NCBI GenBank assembly: GCA_018303105.1
Contig: JAGVYU010000061.1
Location: forward strand, 3,109 to 67,108
From: Candidatus Woesearchaeota archaeon
GTDB taxonomy: Archaea; Nanobdellota; Nanobdellia; Woesearchaeales; JAGVYU01
Direction: 5' to 3'
DNA: 64,000 nt
In this document: piece after piece, positions 26,306-36,225 of the stretch
Position numbering within the stretch: the stretch's first letter is position 1
Layout of the letters: every line of letters starts with the position of its first letter
The notes under the pieces: generated by a model
Seen by the model: the letters and a program-made list of their open reading frames with translations, nothing else
Database searches by the model: none
Told to the model about the DNA's origin: nothing
Position numbers and translations under genes: made by a program

Positions 26306-27388
26306 GTGACTACTATACAAATATTTAAAAAGAGGGAACACTTAGCAGCGCCTATGGTGGAAAAAACGTTCTTCAGGACAAGAAGTATCGCTGAGCGAAG
26401 GCATCTCCGCAGAAGGCGCGTCTATGGAGTAAAGAATATTGTTGAAAGAGTACTCCAAGAGATTGATCCAACAACAGACTGCCTTGAAGTCAGGGCGCAA
26501 TTGCTTCCCCCGACATTGCAGCATTTGCCATCTGCCATTGCATCGCGGAAGAACCTCAGGCATGGACATTATCTAAGGCTCCCCGTACCAAAAACATGGG
26601 AACAAGCGATTGCAATGAAGGAATCCCCGCTGGAACTTGTCGCACGCGAGATAGATAGCTTACACTTCGTCCAACCTGAAAACCTCCATTTTCTCGGATA
26701 CCAATGGACAGCTCCCCTCGGACGAGGAGTTGATAACAGGCCAAGGATGGCGCCATTCGCATTTATCGATGAGGCAGCGCGATTGCACGCATACATGCAC
26801 CAGGCGCCCGGAAGGGTGAAGGATTATTCTGCTGCCCAAAGAGTCCAGCGTGAAGGAGCGGTATTCATCGTCACGATTCCATCTAGAACAGAGAAAAAAC
26901 AACAGTACACGATACAACTCGCACATGTGCCAATACATGATGATCCGGCACGAAAAGCGTCCGTCTGGCTGCTTGGAACAACCCAACGAAGCGACGTGTC
27001 AGAACACGAGCTGCACCAGTTTGGATACCGGCTCATGCAGGACCAGAGGGGAAGCGACTTTTACATGTTCTATCCGCAAACCATTGCGGCATACTTTCTT
27101 ATAGCCGCAACGCTTGCGCGGCCACGCAAGGCAAATCTCATTCCAAGGCATACTTCACCATTTGCGATGCCGTCAAAAGAGCACGCTGAGTTTTATCGCA
27201 GGCTCCTTAACAATACGCTCATTTACGATGCCCAAGTAAAAGCGCCGGAACATCTCAGACCCTTGCATCTCGATGAAATCAGCAGGCTCATCGGAATCTA
27301 CATCGCGCGCGTTGGCGCTGAGCGCGCTATCTGGTACCAAGACCGCGACGGCGGCATCAAAGACTATGATTACAGCATACCACGATGA
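26306..27388 (+). CDS. Hypothetical protein, first gene of a GC-rich two-gene operon
   Basis: A 360-aa ORF with a 4-nt overlap (ATGA) onto the next gene. No recognised motif. Confidence 0.45.
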   Translation: MTTIQIFKKREHLAAPMVEKTFFRTRSIAERRHLRRRRVYGVKNIVERVLQEIDPTTDCLEVRAQLLPPTLQHLPSAIASRKNLRHGHYLRLPVPKTWEQAIAMKESPLELVAREIDSLHFVQPENLHFLGYQWTAPLGRGVDNRPRMAPFAFIDEAARLHAYMHQAPGRVKDYSAAQRVQREGAVFIVTIPSRTEKKQQYTIQLAHVPIHDDPARKASVWLLGTTQRSDVSEHELHQFGYRLMQDQRGSDFYMFYPQTIAAYFLIAATLARPRKANLIPRHTSPFAMPSKEHAEFYRRLLNNTLIYDAQVKAPEHLRPLHLDEISRLIGIYIARVGAERAIWYQDRDGGIKDYDYSIPR

Positions 27389-30351
27389 CGCTGCAGCACC
27401 TTGAGGCGATTGTTGAAGAAGTCGGGTATCGGTATGATCGACCGTGGATCTCGTTAAGAGGGCTTGGCGGATTCTATGTTGAAGGATATGAGCATTGGTT
27501 TTCCTCAAAACGGCTGACGCGCCGAGAAGCAAAGCAGCTCTATAAACGACTCAAGCAGAAGTTTGGAAGCCGTGTCATTTTTCCAGAGAGCGCAGAATGG
27601 GACGTGAGGAATAACTTCTACAACACGATTGTCGTACAGCTCCCGCGCTCCCAAAGCAGTCAACTCCCTGACGAATTCAGAGCTCAAGGAAGAGCCACTG
27701 CACATTACAAAAAACAGCTCAAGTACAGGACGATCACTCCGGGAATGGTTGCCGCGCTGGATGAACGCGCCGTTGAAATTCTCAAGAAGAGAGCAGAATT
27801 TGAACGAAAAAAAGAAGCAGTTGATCATCTTCTCAGTACAGCGCTCGCTCCTCACTATAAGGGGCAGGCTACTATGACTAAAGCAAAGGGAGATTGGTAT
27901 GACACCGTAACGCACGCATATGCTGGCGAATCCACCCTTGAGGAAGCTGCGTTGAATACTTCTTTTTTCAGAAAACTTGACACTGATCAACAACAAGAAC
28001 TCATGCGCATAACGCAAAAACTCTTTGAAGAGGTCATCTGTTTCAACAAACAACATGAAGCGTATGGCAAAAGAGTCATCACATTCAGGGATCGGAATCG
28101 ACAGAACGCGACCACGCAGAGAGCATACGAATTCCAGGCACATCTCAGAGAGGATGTGATTCAAAGCAAGCGACCCATGACCTTTGAGGAATGGCTGGGC
28201 CTCACCTTCCTCTTCAAGGATATTGAAATCCCAAGATTCACAGACGAAGATAGAGAAATTTCGCATGTCGGGATGCATTACATTGAGCAGGGCAAGCATG
28301 TCAAGGTCATTCACACGCTGCGCAACCCAGGCCGCAAACATATTAAGGGTTACAGCGTGCCTGTCCACGAAAACGAGGCAGCGCTCATTAACGCAGTCGT
28401 TGAATCCGTTCAAACCCATGACCCTTTCTGGTTCTCTGCATTCAACGCAAAATTTGATCTCATCCAATTGCGTGAAAATCTTTCTGGCGAGTGCTATGGT
28501 GTTTCAAACCGGCAGAGTCCTCCAACAAAAGATGTCGCAATCCAAATGTTTGAGCGCGTTGGAATTACGGGAAGGCAAGTCATCTGTGAATGGCTGCTCG
28601 CGCGCACTGGATACAAGGACCTACCGAACAGAAAATTCGAAATGGTCTCGCAAATGGCGCTCGGGGACGACGGATTGCACAAGAGCATCACCTATCCTGA
28701 ACAGGAAAGCCTCGAGCGTTTCGCAATGGGGCGAGGAAACCTCACAGACTCCGCCCGTGAGAAATTTCAAAAACGGTTTGGTAGGCTGCCGGGGCAATCC
28801 GTGCAGGATCGGCAGGATGCAGCATGCATGATTCTGGAATATCTAGTTGACGACGTTGAGGCGATGCCACGCTTCCTTGAAGAAACACCGTTCTTCAGGC
28901 ATGTACACGCAATCTCGAGCATTTTTGAGCTTGAGCCGACGCGCGCCGCGTACGGTCCCATGACTATGCGCAACGTGCTTGACCATTATTTCTGGAAAAA
29001 ATATCATGTTGATCCCGAGACCGTTTTCCCGATCACGAGCGCGACGATTGACTTCCAAGAGGGTCTAAAGGCTCATGTGGAAAAGCTTTTAGAAGAGCAT
29101 TTTCCCGTAAAACCGCAACAGGGCATTCATCATCATGTGGCAAAGGTACAGCTCGCACTTGGCCAGCTTTTTCTCCCCTTAATCAAACAAGGCATTGCTG
29201 ATGATCCGGATCTTTTGGCACGGGTCACTGAATTCGAGACGTATATCGGGGAGCAGCACGACGTGCGATCTCGCATGTTCCTTGAGGAATATCTTCTGAC
29301 ATGGGCAAATGAAATCTTGGTTGATTTCGCGCATTATGACCGGCCGCGCAGGCAGTTCGAGGAAAAACTGAAGACGTATGAAATCACGACGGGAGCGTTC
29401 GCGCAGCAATGGCATCGGATTACAGATGAACTCTTCGAGCGGGATCTTCAGTCGCTTCGACAAGGAAGAATCACGAAGAAAGCGTACAAAAAGCTCGAAG
29501 CGTATCATGATTTTGCGGATACGTACGGGCTTGATGAAGACGAGGCTAAAGAAATCTTGAACATCCGCGGCAGGATGATGACGGGCAAGGGGCTCGTCAT
29601 GGGAAGACATAACATAGACCCTGATGTTGTTCCCGCATTTCTCAAACAGCTCCAGTTCCAGGTCAATGTATTTATGCAGAGACATGGTATTGAACCCATA
29701 GGCCGAAGTTCCCATTTCTTTTATTTCATCAAATTTCCAGAAGGAGTAGACTCCCCACTCATCGTTGCTGATACTCTTGAGTCAGTTGTTGTCGCAGACA
29801 AAATATATTATCCAAAAGGAAGATGGATTTCAGGACTGCCACAGAGCGATGATCCAGCATATAATGCGTCTTTGTTTGAAATGCGCGTGTTTGGCGACTA
29901 TATTCGCGAACTCTGCCGCGGAGAAGTGCAACAAGCGGAATCACACATACAAAGGGAGCTGCTCGCATTTCCGCACAACACAGATCCGCACGAGCTTGTG
30001 GGAAAAATTAAATCGCGCAACACATTTTGGACATACGTGAAAAATCAGGAGGAAAAATTCATGTTTTTCGAGCCTGAAGAGTTCGCGAGAATTCATGAGA
30101 TTAACATGACTGAGATTTCAACGTATTCTGGTGTCAGCAAAGATGCCACATCGGGGCTTTTGATGTACACTGAGAACAATGAAGAGGGTGTTGCGATTCG
30201 TTCAACATTCATAGCTCCTCTGTTTGCTCTCGACATAGATTATGACCGATGGAGAACACATCTCAATGAGCGCTACAAAGAGATGAGCAGATGGAAACCA
30301 AAGAGGAAATTTGCAGAAGAAGGACAATTAGGTCTTACGTTGGTGCACTAA
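27385..30351 (+). CDS. Large (988 aa) hypothetical protein with DEDD-exonuclease-like motifs
   Basis: LTFLFKDIEIPRF is Exo I-like, with a DxE preceded by hydrophobic residues. About 75 aa downstream, WFSAFNAKFDLIQL is Exo II-like (NxxxFDxxxL). No Walker motifs are present. Codon usage is more GC-rich than the flanks. Confidence 0.5.
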   Translation: MTLQHLEAIVEEVGYRYDRPWISLRGLGGFYVEGYEHWFSSKRLTRREAKQLYKRLKQKFGSRVIFPESAEWDVRNNFYNTIVVQLPRSQSSQLPDEFRAQGRATAHYKKQLKYRTITPGMVAALDERAVEILKKRAEFERKKEAVDHLLSTALAPHYKGQATMTKAKGDWYDTVTHAYAGESTLEEAALNTSFFRKLDTDQQQELMRITQKLFEEVICFNKQHEAYGKRVITFRDRNRQNATTQRAYEFQAHLREDVIQSKRPMTFEEWLGLTFLFKDIEIPRFTDEDREISHVGMHYIEQGKHVKVIHTLRNPGRKHIKGYSVPVHENEAALINAVVESVQTHDPFWFSAFNAKFDLIQLRENLSGECYGVSNRQSPPTKDVAIQMFERVGITGRQVICEWLLARTGYKDLPNRKFEMVSQMALGDDGLHKSITYPEQESLERFAMGRGNLTDSAREKFQKRFGRLPGQSVQDRQDAACMILEYLVDDVEAMPRFLEETPFFRHVHAISSIFELEPTRAAYGPMTMRNVLDHYFWKKYHVDPETVFPITSATIDFQEGLKAHVEKLLEEHFPVKPQQGIHHHVAKVQLALGQLFLPLIKQGIADDPDLLARVTEFETYIGEQHDVRSRMFLEEYLLTWANEILVDFAHYDRPRRQFEEKLKTYEITTGAFAQQWHRITDELFERDLQSLRQGRITKKAYKKLEAYHDFADTYGLDEDEAKEILNIRGRMMTGKGLVMGRHNIDPDVVPAFLKQLQFQVNVFMQRHGIEPIGRSSHFFYFIKFPEGVDSPLIVADTLESVVVADKIYYPKGRWISGLPQSDDPAYNASLFEMRVFGDYIRELCRGEVQQAESHIQRELLAFPHNTDPHELVGKIKSRNTFWTYVKNQEEKFMFFEPEEFARIHEINMTEISTYSGVSKDATSGLLMYTENNEEGVAIRSTFIAPLFALDIDYDRWRTHLNERYKEMSRWKPKRKFAEEGQLGLTLVH

Positions 30352-30361
30352 ATTTTGCAAA

Positions 30362-31225
30362 TTAAAGAAGCGATACTTGGGGATCTGCAGGCAGGTAATC
30401 TTGTAATGACTTGATCTCACGCTCAAGCATTCTCAGCTCAGGCTGTGTCAGCGCAGCATACTCTTTTTGAAGAACATCTGTAACTTCGCACTGATGCCTT
30501 TTGTCGCCAACTTCCTCAGCAAGTCGCAATTGGCTCAGCAAATACTGAAATCGAGGAGCCAATGCAGATCTTGATCCTGGTTTCGCCATGATTCCTATAC
30601 GAGGTCTGCAAGAAGGATCTGTCCCTGGATTAAATACAAAATGCCCGAGTAGGGGAGGAAGCAAAGAAGCAGTCTCTGAAAGAATTGACTCGCTCGGGTA
30701 GCGCTCCGGAGTATGATAGATTCCCTTTTCTCTATTTTCTGCTGTAATTGTGTCAAGATGCGCAACTCCTGAGTGCATTGTCTCTGCGATGATTTCAGGA
30801 AGTGAAATCGACGCTAGCCTGCCGACGGTATGACGCGCTCTCGTGAATGAAGTATCATCGAGCCCTGCAAAGAATGCGATGAGAGGGTGTACATGATCAG
30901 AAAAATGTTCATAGAAGCCGTCGGGCAAATGAGTTTCGTATCCGTTCATTCCTGCCACAATCGCGAAGAGATGCAGCTTGTTGTACATTGATAACAATCG
31001 CGGGGAGTGCACGTGGTGCTCAGCGAAGTGATCATGCACAAACTGCGCAAGATCTTCATCTCTGTACACATGTTCAAATCGACCTACATTGAGAGCTGAG
31101 CCTCGAATCAGCGCACGCACAACGCTGTCTTTGAGCTCCGGCGGAGCACTTTGAATGCGTGTATTAAGCGATCCCATGCGTGCTAGGAATGTCGAGAAGT
31201 ATATAAATATTCTTATTTTAACCAC
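30362..31225 (-). CDS. Hypothetical protein
   Basis: A 287-aa ORF with several His-rich segments (HDHFAEHHVHSP) and no recognised family. Confidence 0.4.
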   Translation of the reverse strand: MVKIRIFIYFSTFLARMGSLNTRIQSAPPELKDSVVRALIRGSALNVGRFEHVYRDEDLAQFVHDHFAEHHVHSPRLLSMYNKLHLFAIVAGMNGYETHLPDGFYEHFSDHVHPLIAFFAGLDDTSFTRARHTVGRLASISLPEIIAETMHSGVAHLDTITAENREKGIYHTPERYPSESILSETASLLPPLLGHFVFNPGTDPSCRPRIGIMAKPGSRSALAPRFQYLLSQLRLAEEVGDKRHQCEVTDVLQKEYAALTQPELRMLEREIKSLQDYLPADPQVSLL

Positions 31226-31242
31226 TATATAGTAACAATACT

Positions 31243-31623
31243 CTATTCAACGAGAACTGCGTTAATCGTTCCATGCTGGCCCGGACGGGAAGTCACTCTG
31301 GCTTTGCCAAGCTCAGTATTAATAATCGCGCCACGAGTCATGATGTTTCTTCGCACGAAAAATGAGTTCGCCGGATTTTCGACGACGCTGATGATTTTCG
31401 CCTTCGTATATTTCTTGGATTTCGCATTAAACACGTTTGCAACGTCTGTCGCGAGGAGCTTCACTTTGCGGTTGCCGCCCATGCCGCGAATGTTGCGAAC
31501 GTTGCGCGATGCCGTGAGGGTATTCGCGGGAAGGCTTCCTTTTTCATATCTGCGCTTTTTCCTAGCGGCGATATAGCGAGATCCCGACGGCTTCAAGCGC
31601 GATCTGTTTTGTGTAACGACCAT
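31243..31623 (-). CDS. rps8e: 30S ribosomal protein S8e
   Basis: MVVTQNRSRLKPSGSRY...ENPANSFFVRRNIMTRGAIINTELGKARVTSRPGQHG matches S8e. The start is taken at the internal Met at 31621-31623, not at the track's start codon. Confidence 0.85.
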   Translation of the reverse strand: MVVTQNRSRLKPSGSRYIAARKKRRYEKGSLPANTLTASRNVRNIRGMGGNRKVKLLATDVANVFNAKSKKYTKAKIISVVENPANSFFVRRNIMTRGAIINTELGKARVTSRPGQHGTINAVLVE

Positions 31624-31807
31624 GCATACAAGGAGTTTTTGTTCTTTTATAAATGTTGTTGTGCAGTACTTTGAAAAAATATCAAGAAAAATAGTTAATC
31701 TAGTATACACTTCATGTAGAATAACCTACTATCTATTAGTATAATAAGTAAGGATTTCATCTTTCTAACAAAACAAATAAGATATAATGATTCCTTGCTG
31801 GCAATAA

Positions 31808-32770
31808 ATGGCTAAATTAGTCACAGCAATAACAAAATTTATATATTATCTATACTTTCTAACCATTATGATTCCCACACGTCCGCAAGGAGCCGAAATC
31901 ACAGATTATGTGGATGATCCCATTCTGTTTGCCTTGCTCAGAGTCAACCTTGAGCACAACTATCTCGGACATCCCGAAGCGGCTGGCTTGAAAAAAGAAG
32001 GGGAAGAAAACAGGGACTTAGTCGGCGCACTACTCATCGCAAACGGCAATCGCTTTCCGGGGCCCCATCACAAATACACAAGGGATAGAATACAATTCGA
32101 ACATATCCCCCTTCACGAAGATATGTCGCAAGCTTTAGAACAGCGCATTATCGAGACAAAGGACGGCGCACGCATTGTCGGAGAACGCAGCATAAGCGCT
32201 CCACTGCACTTCGATGGAGCGATTCTTGACGCTTATGATGAATTAAAACACACTGCCCTGCCTTGGTATAAGCGCGCCGCCCACCGCATCACTCGTGCAT
32301 CTCCTACAAATGGCACGGGATTTGAAGCGCTGCTTGAACGCTACTTGCCCCCCGACTACCAACATCTTGGAGCAGAAACTCTTGATCCGACCGAACTTAG
32401 CGGCAGAACGAAAACCGCGCTCGCGTTCGCGCTTTTAGGAGGAACTTCATACCTGCTGCGTCAGACTATATATGACGGGGCGCACACGGGAGCAGTCGTG
32501 CGCATGGAAGGGCGGAAAGACGGCGCCGGTAATTTAATCTCATACGAGCTCGTACAGGCATTTATCCAAGAGGGAGTAGAACTCCCCAACAAGAAAGCAT
32601 ACATCAATGAAGGACGAAAGGCTGTAATGCGCGTGCGCAAATACAGTTTTGATATCGCGTCACAACAGCTCAGACTCGTGAATGACGGCTTCATTAATCC
32701 CAGTGAATTGCGCAGCCGTGAAACGCCCATTGTCCCTGTGTACCATGCGAGAGCCCAGCGCTCAGTATGA
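31808..32770 (+). CDS. Hypothetical protein
   Basis: A 320-aa ORF with an N-terminal hydrophobic segment. Confidence 0.4.
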   Translation: MAKLVTAITKFIYYLYFLTIMIPTRPQGAEITDYVDDPILFALLRVNLEHNYLGHPEAAGLKKEGEENRDLVGALLIANGNRFPGPHHKYTRDRIQFEHIPLHEDMSQALEQRIIETKDGARIVGERSISAPLHFDGAILDAYDELKHTALPWYKRAAHRITRASPTNGTGFEALLERYLPPDYQHLGAETLDPTELSGRTKTALAFALLGGTSYLLRQTIYDGAHTGAVVRMEGRKDGAGNLISYELVQAFIQEGVELPNKKAYINEGRKAVMRVRKYSFDIASQQLRLVNDGFINPSELRSRETPIVPVYHARAQRSV

Positions 32771-32817
32771 GATTTTCTAAGCAATATTAATAAAGAGAGC
32801 TCATTTCAATTGCCGAT

Positions 32818-33414
32818 ATGAAGGTGTACAAAGCAACGACTCCTTTTTCAAGAGCCACGTCAGCACTTCTCACGGTCATGCACCACTATAAGCCCGGGAT
32901 TCCGCTCACGCGGGAGCTTGAATTCTCAATGTGGCAGCGCTCAGCAAGCCTCCCTGTGCTCACATCATCGATATTTGCGCTTGCGTCCCTGGCACATGAC
33001 GCCGGGATTAAAGTGCACGTCGTTGTAGGAGATCTCGACTATAAATTCCCGGATTACCGGTTTCAGGGCTACACGAAGCAAGAGATTCAGGATGCTGAGT
33101 TTTCCGCAAAAATCCATTATGACGGGCTGCTCAAACGCGGTGTTGAAGTGGAGGAGAAGGAGTTTACCTTGGATGATGTAAAATATTATTTGCGGCAGGG
33201 AAAAATCATCCTGCTGCGGCTCAACGCGGGCGTGCTCCGCGATACGAAAAGCGTTTCCAACTATATCATTGTCACCGCATACAAAGACAAGATCTTTCAC
33301 TGCATCGATCCGATCATCGGGGAAGAAGAAGTCCCGAGGGATAAGCTTGAGCATGCATTCGTCACGCTCGAAACCATAAAGAAACGCGATAATCGAATGA
33401 TTATATTTGGATAA
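32818..33414 (+). CDS. Hypothetical protein, possibly a papain-like/C39-like fold
   Basis: A 198-aa ORF with Cys and His spaced as in small peptidase-like domains. Weak call. Confidence 0.3.
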   Translation: MKVYKATTPFSRATSALLTVMHHYKPGIPLTRELEFSMWQRSASLPVLTSSIFALASLAHDAGIKVHVVVGDLDYKFPDYRFQGYTKQEIQDAEFSAKIHYDGLLKRGVEVEEKEFTLDDVKYYLRQGKIILLRLNAGVLRDTKSVSNYIIVTAYKDKIFHCIDPIIGEEEVPRDKLEHAFVTLETIKKRDNRMIIFG

Positions 33415-33420
33415 CGATAG

Positions 33421-34110
33421 TTGTTCTTGTGTTTTGCATCAGCCAAAATCTTTTATACGATGCTCTCATGGCCAGTATATGGTGATAGCTTGAAATACGC
33501 TCCGCTCATATTTGCCGTTGTTGTCCTCTTGATGCCATTTGTGGTTGCGGAGGAGCGCATCTACAAAGGGCAGCATGAAGTATTGCTCATGCGCAACGAC
33601 CAGCTCTGGATTGGAGATATCGCAGTGAAACTTGTAGACGCGGATCATCGATATGGAACCGCGAAGCTGCGCTTTCGCATCAATGACGGGGGAAGCTCGT
33701 ACGTCACATTGAGCAAAGGCACATCCACATTGTTCCAGGGAAGGCTCAAAATCACCGTCGAGGATGTTTTCAGGAGAAAAGTGTATGAGGGATCACGCAC
33801 AGAATTCGCGCGCGTCAGCATCGAACAACGCGCAGGAGGATCACTCAGCGCCGCATATGATTATGGAAGAAGATTCTCGTTCTTTGTTGAAAACACGGGA
33901 GCAAAGCCTCAGACGTATTACCTGAGTGCCAAGGCAGCGCATCAGCAATATGACGTTGAGCTGTACAAACAGGCGGTAACGCTTGAGCCGTTTGAATCAC
34001 GCAGAGTATATGGAAAGCTCACACATCAAGGCACGGACAGCGAGGATACGATTGTAGTCACGCTCTCGGATGGAAACAACGTTGTGGATACGGTTAGGAT
34101 ACCGGTTTAG
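33421..34110 (+). CDS. Secreted or membrane-anchored hypothetical protein
   Basis: An N-terminal hydrophobic segment (LIFAVVVLLMPFVVA) is followed by a beta-rich sequence. Confidence 0.4.
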   Translation: MFLCFASAKIFYTMLSWPVYGDSLKYAPLIFAVVVLLMPFVVAEERIYKGQHEVLLMRNDQLWIGDIAVKLVDADHRYGTAKLRFRINDGGSSYVTLSKGTSTLFQGRLKITVEDVFRRKVYEGSRTEFARVSIEQRAGGSLSAAYDYGRRFSFFVENTGAKPQTYYLSAKAAHQQYDVELYKQAVTLEPFESRRVYGKLTHQGTDSEDTIVVTLSDGNNVVDTVRIPV

Positions 34111-34972
34111 CTTCTCTTCGTTCTCTTATTTCTTTCCATTGTATCCAATCCCGCTCCGTACTTGGCAATAGAATCCAATTCTCTTGCGCGATTTTCTCGC
34201 GGATACGGGCATGCATATCAGGATCATAACGCTCGCTCAAGCGGTATTGAATACCTGCTTCAACGTCCTTGCCTTCCATCACGTGACCTTTCATTGCAGA
34301 TGTCACAGTCATTCCGGCAATCGCATCAAGCGTTCTGTCTACTAGGTGAGGATACGCCTCATAAAACTCTCTTCTGATTTCAGGACTAGGATTTGGCCAC
34401 CAGAGAATTGCCATGGCGAGCCAAAAGGGGCTTAATGGAGGATGCGTATTCAATGATTCCTGCAGCTCTTTCCAGGAGTTATGTTCCGCAAATAATGTAT
34501 GATATTCAGAGAATCCACACCAATACAGCCGTCGGTTGACAATAATATCTCCCACAAGCCACGGCTCTTTCATGCGTTCCACATGATTCTGACTGTAGAA
34601 ATAATTGAGTCCATCAAGATAATCAAGTACACTGAGTAGAGCACGTTCCCGCACAGGTTTTTGCAGTGAGGGATACATGAGCCCAACAACATTGAGCACA
34701 GGAACCGTCCAGTCATGATTCGGACCCCCTGCAGCCGCCTCTACAAACGCCCGATCTGTATTAATGTCGCGAACCTCCTCAAGGAAGCCATGCAGGGAAG
34801 CGATCGCTTTGTCCGTGTCCTCGAGAAAAAGGTCCTCGAGGCGCTCTGCGGCATCCGCTGCAATGCAATGCCCTCTCACAAAGATATTCCTCAGTTGATC
34901 CATCAGCTCGTCAACGGGCCATGAAGGGATGTCTTCCATGCGCGATGGAATACTACAGCAAGATATAAGCAT
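34094..34972 (-). CDS. Hypothetical protein
   Basis: A 292-aa helical ORF that overlaps the 3' end of the upstream gene on the opposite strand. Confidence 0.4.
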   Translation of the reverse strand: MLISCCSIPSRMEDIPSWPVDELMDQLRNIFVRGHCIAADAAERLEDLFLEDTDKAIASLHGFLEEVRDINTDRAFVEAAAGGPNHDWTVPVLNVVGLMYPSLQKPVRERALLSVLDYLDGLNYFYSQNHVERMKEPWLVGDIIVNRRLYWCGFSEYHTLFAEHNSWKELQESLNTHPPLSPFWLAMAILWWPNPSPEIRREFYEAYPHLVDRTLDAIAGMTVTSAMKGHVMEGKDVEAGIQYRLSERYDPDMHARIREKIAQENWILLPSTERDWIQWKEIRERREAKPVS

Positions 34973-35093
34973 TATTCGACTGCATTAGAATGAACCGGGA
35001 ATCATGTTTGCAAAGCGGAGATTTCATGCTGCGCCAGCGCAACCTTTATATAGACACTGGATTTTCTCTTGTATACGATTTTCGGGGGTTACC

Positions 35094-35321
35094 ATGAACG
35101 AATTATCACGGCCATTGGACGCGCTCAATAAAGCACGAGACAAACGCGTCATTGTAGAGCTTAAGAACGGCAGGCAGTACGTTGGAAAGCTGCACGCATT
35201 CGACATCCACATCAACGTTGTCCTGCATGAAGCGGAGGAGCGCGTTGACGGCGAGGTTAAGCGCAAGCTCGGCGTCACGTTCATCAGGGGCGACACGATC
35301 ATTATGATTTCTGCAGAGTAG
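35094..35321 (+). CDS. Sm-like archaeal protein (LSm)
   Basis: RVIVELKNGRQYVGKLHAFDIHINVVLHEAEE...GDTIIMI carries the Sm1 and Sm2 motifs. The start is taken at the internal Met. A tttatata box lies about 45 nt upstream. Confidence 0.85.
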   Translation: MNELSRPLDALNKARDKRVIVELKNGRQYVGKLHAFDIHINVVLHEAEERVDGEVKRKLGVTFIRGDTIIMISAE

Positions 35322-35328
35322 ATGATCC

Positions 35329-35499
35329 ATGAGCAAAGGAACAGCGTCCATGGGTGTTAAGTCTGGCAAGAAGAATCATATCTATTGCAGACGCTGTGGG
35401 AGAAAGACGTATCACCTTACTCGAAAGCGCTGCTCAAGCTGCGGGTATGGAAAGAGTGCCCGAATCAGAGCATACACGTGGGCTAAGAAGAAGCATTAG
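35329..35499 (+). CDS. rpl37e: 50S ribosomal protein L37e
   Basis: [56 protein letters not shown] is a C4 zinc ribbon typical of L37e. This frame was not listed in the track because of length. Confidence 0.85.
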   Translation: MSKGTASMGVKSGKKNHIYCRRCGRKTYHLTRKRCSSCGYGKSARIRAYTWAKKKH

Positions 35500-36196
35500 C
35501 GCGTTCTACGCAAAACGATTTTGGCTCGGATTCCTTGATGAGATCACAGGCTGATTCATTCTGCTGGAGCCGGGCGATTCTCGAGATGCATGTCACCCGC
35601 AAGCCGAAATCCTCAATCGTGAGGCATCCTGACGTATTCTGCGTCTTTGTATAAACACGAAATTTACAGCCTTGTGCCTCATATGAATTATCGATGAATG
35701 AGCAGATGGAATCCGTTGTCGTGTTGACTGCAACTTTGTTATAACATTCATTGCGGTCTACGCCTTCATCGACCTCATGGCAGAGCTCTATGTTATTTGT
35801 CGCAATGCCAATATTCTTAAAGCATACATCCGACCAGTATGAGTTCGTGAGGTCATAACAATCATTCCCTGCAAGCTGCTCCTGAGCAACCCCGGCGAAG
35901 CAAAAATTCCTGCGCTTGTCATCCACAACAGATGCACATATCGACTTGTTCATCGTCTGAACGCCTATCTCCGCAGTGCACTGATCCCTGAATTTTTGAT
36001 CCGTCACTTGCGCACAGAGCTCAAGGGAGTGTGCCGAGACCGCGGTGTCAGCATAACAGTTCTGCCTATCCGTGTCTGAAGAGAATTGTTTGCACGGATC
36101 AGGTGTGCACGCTACAAGGAGCGCGAGCATCCCAAAGAGTAATAGTAACCGCATACAGCTGCGGAAAAAAACGAGTTTATAAAAGTTATGGAACAT
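35483..36196 (-). CDS. Cys-rich secreted lipoprotein
   Basis: The signal peptide [16 protein letters not shown] ends in a lipobox, and the protein has about 20 Cys. The true start is probably the internal MRLLL. Confidence 0.5.
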   Translation of the reverse strand: MFHNFYKLVFFRSCMRLLLLFGMLALLVACTPDPCKQFSSDTDRQNCYADTAVSAHSLELCAQVTDQKFRDQCTAEIGVQTMNKSICASVVDDKRRNFCFAGVAQEQLAGNDCYDLTNSYWSDVCFKNIGIATNNIELCHEVDEGVDRNECYNKVAVNTTTDSICSFIDNSYEAQGCKFRVYTKTQNTSGCLTIEDFGLRVTCISRIARLQQNESACDLIKESEPKSFCVERANASS

Positions 36197-36225
36197 TTAT
36201 ATATATTTCCGATTCAAAGACGCGC

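Noticed and set aside
36031-36225. Upstream GTG start giving a 632-aa version of the first TMTC-like protein
   Set aside because: The extension overlaps the divergent lipoprotein gene's 5' region and has no TM or signal features. The ATG at MKISPIF directly precedes the first TM helix and matches the paralogue's start. The printed sequence near 36181-36190 also seemed to me to differ by one A from what the ORF track implies (tataaag against tataaaag). I treated this as my own reading uncertainty and kept the track frame.
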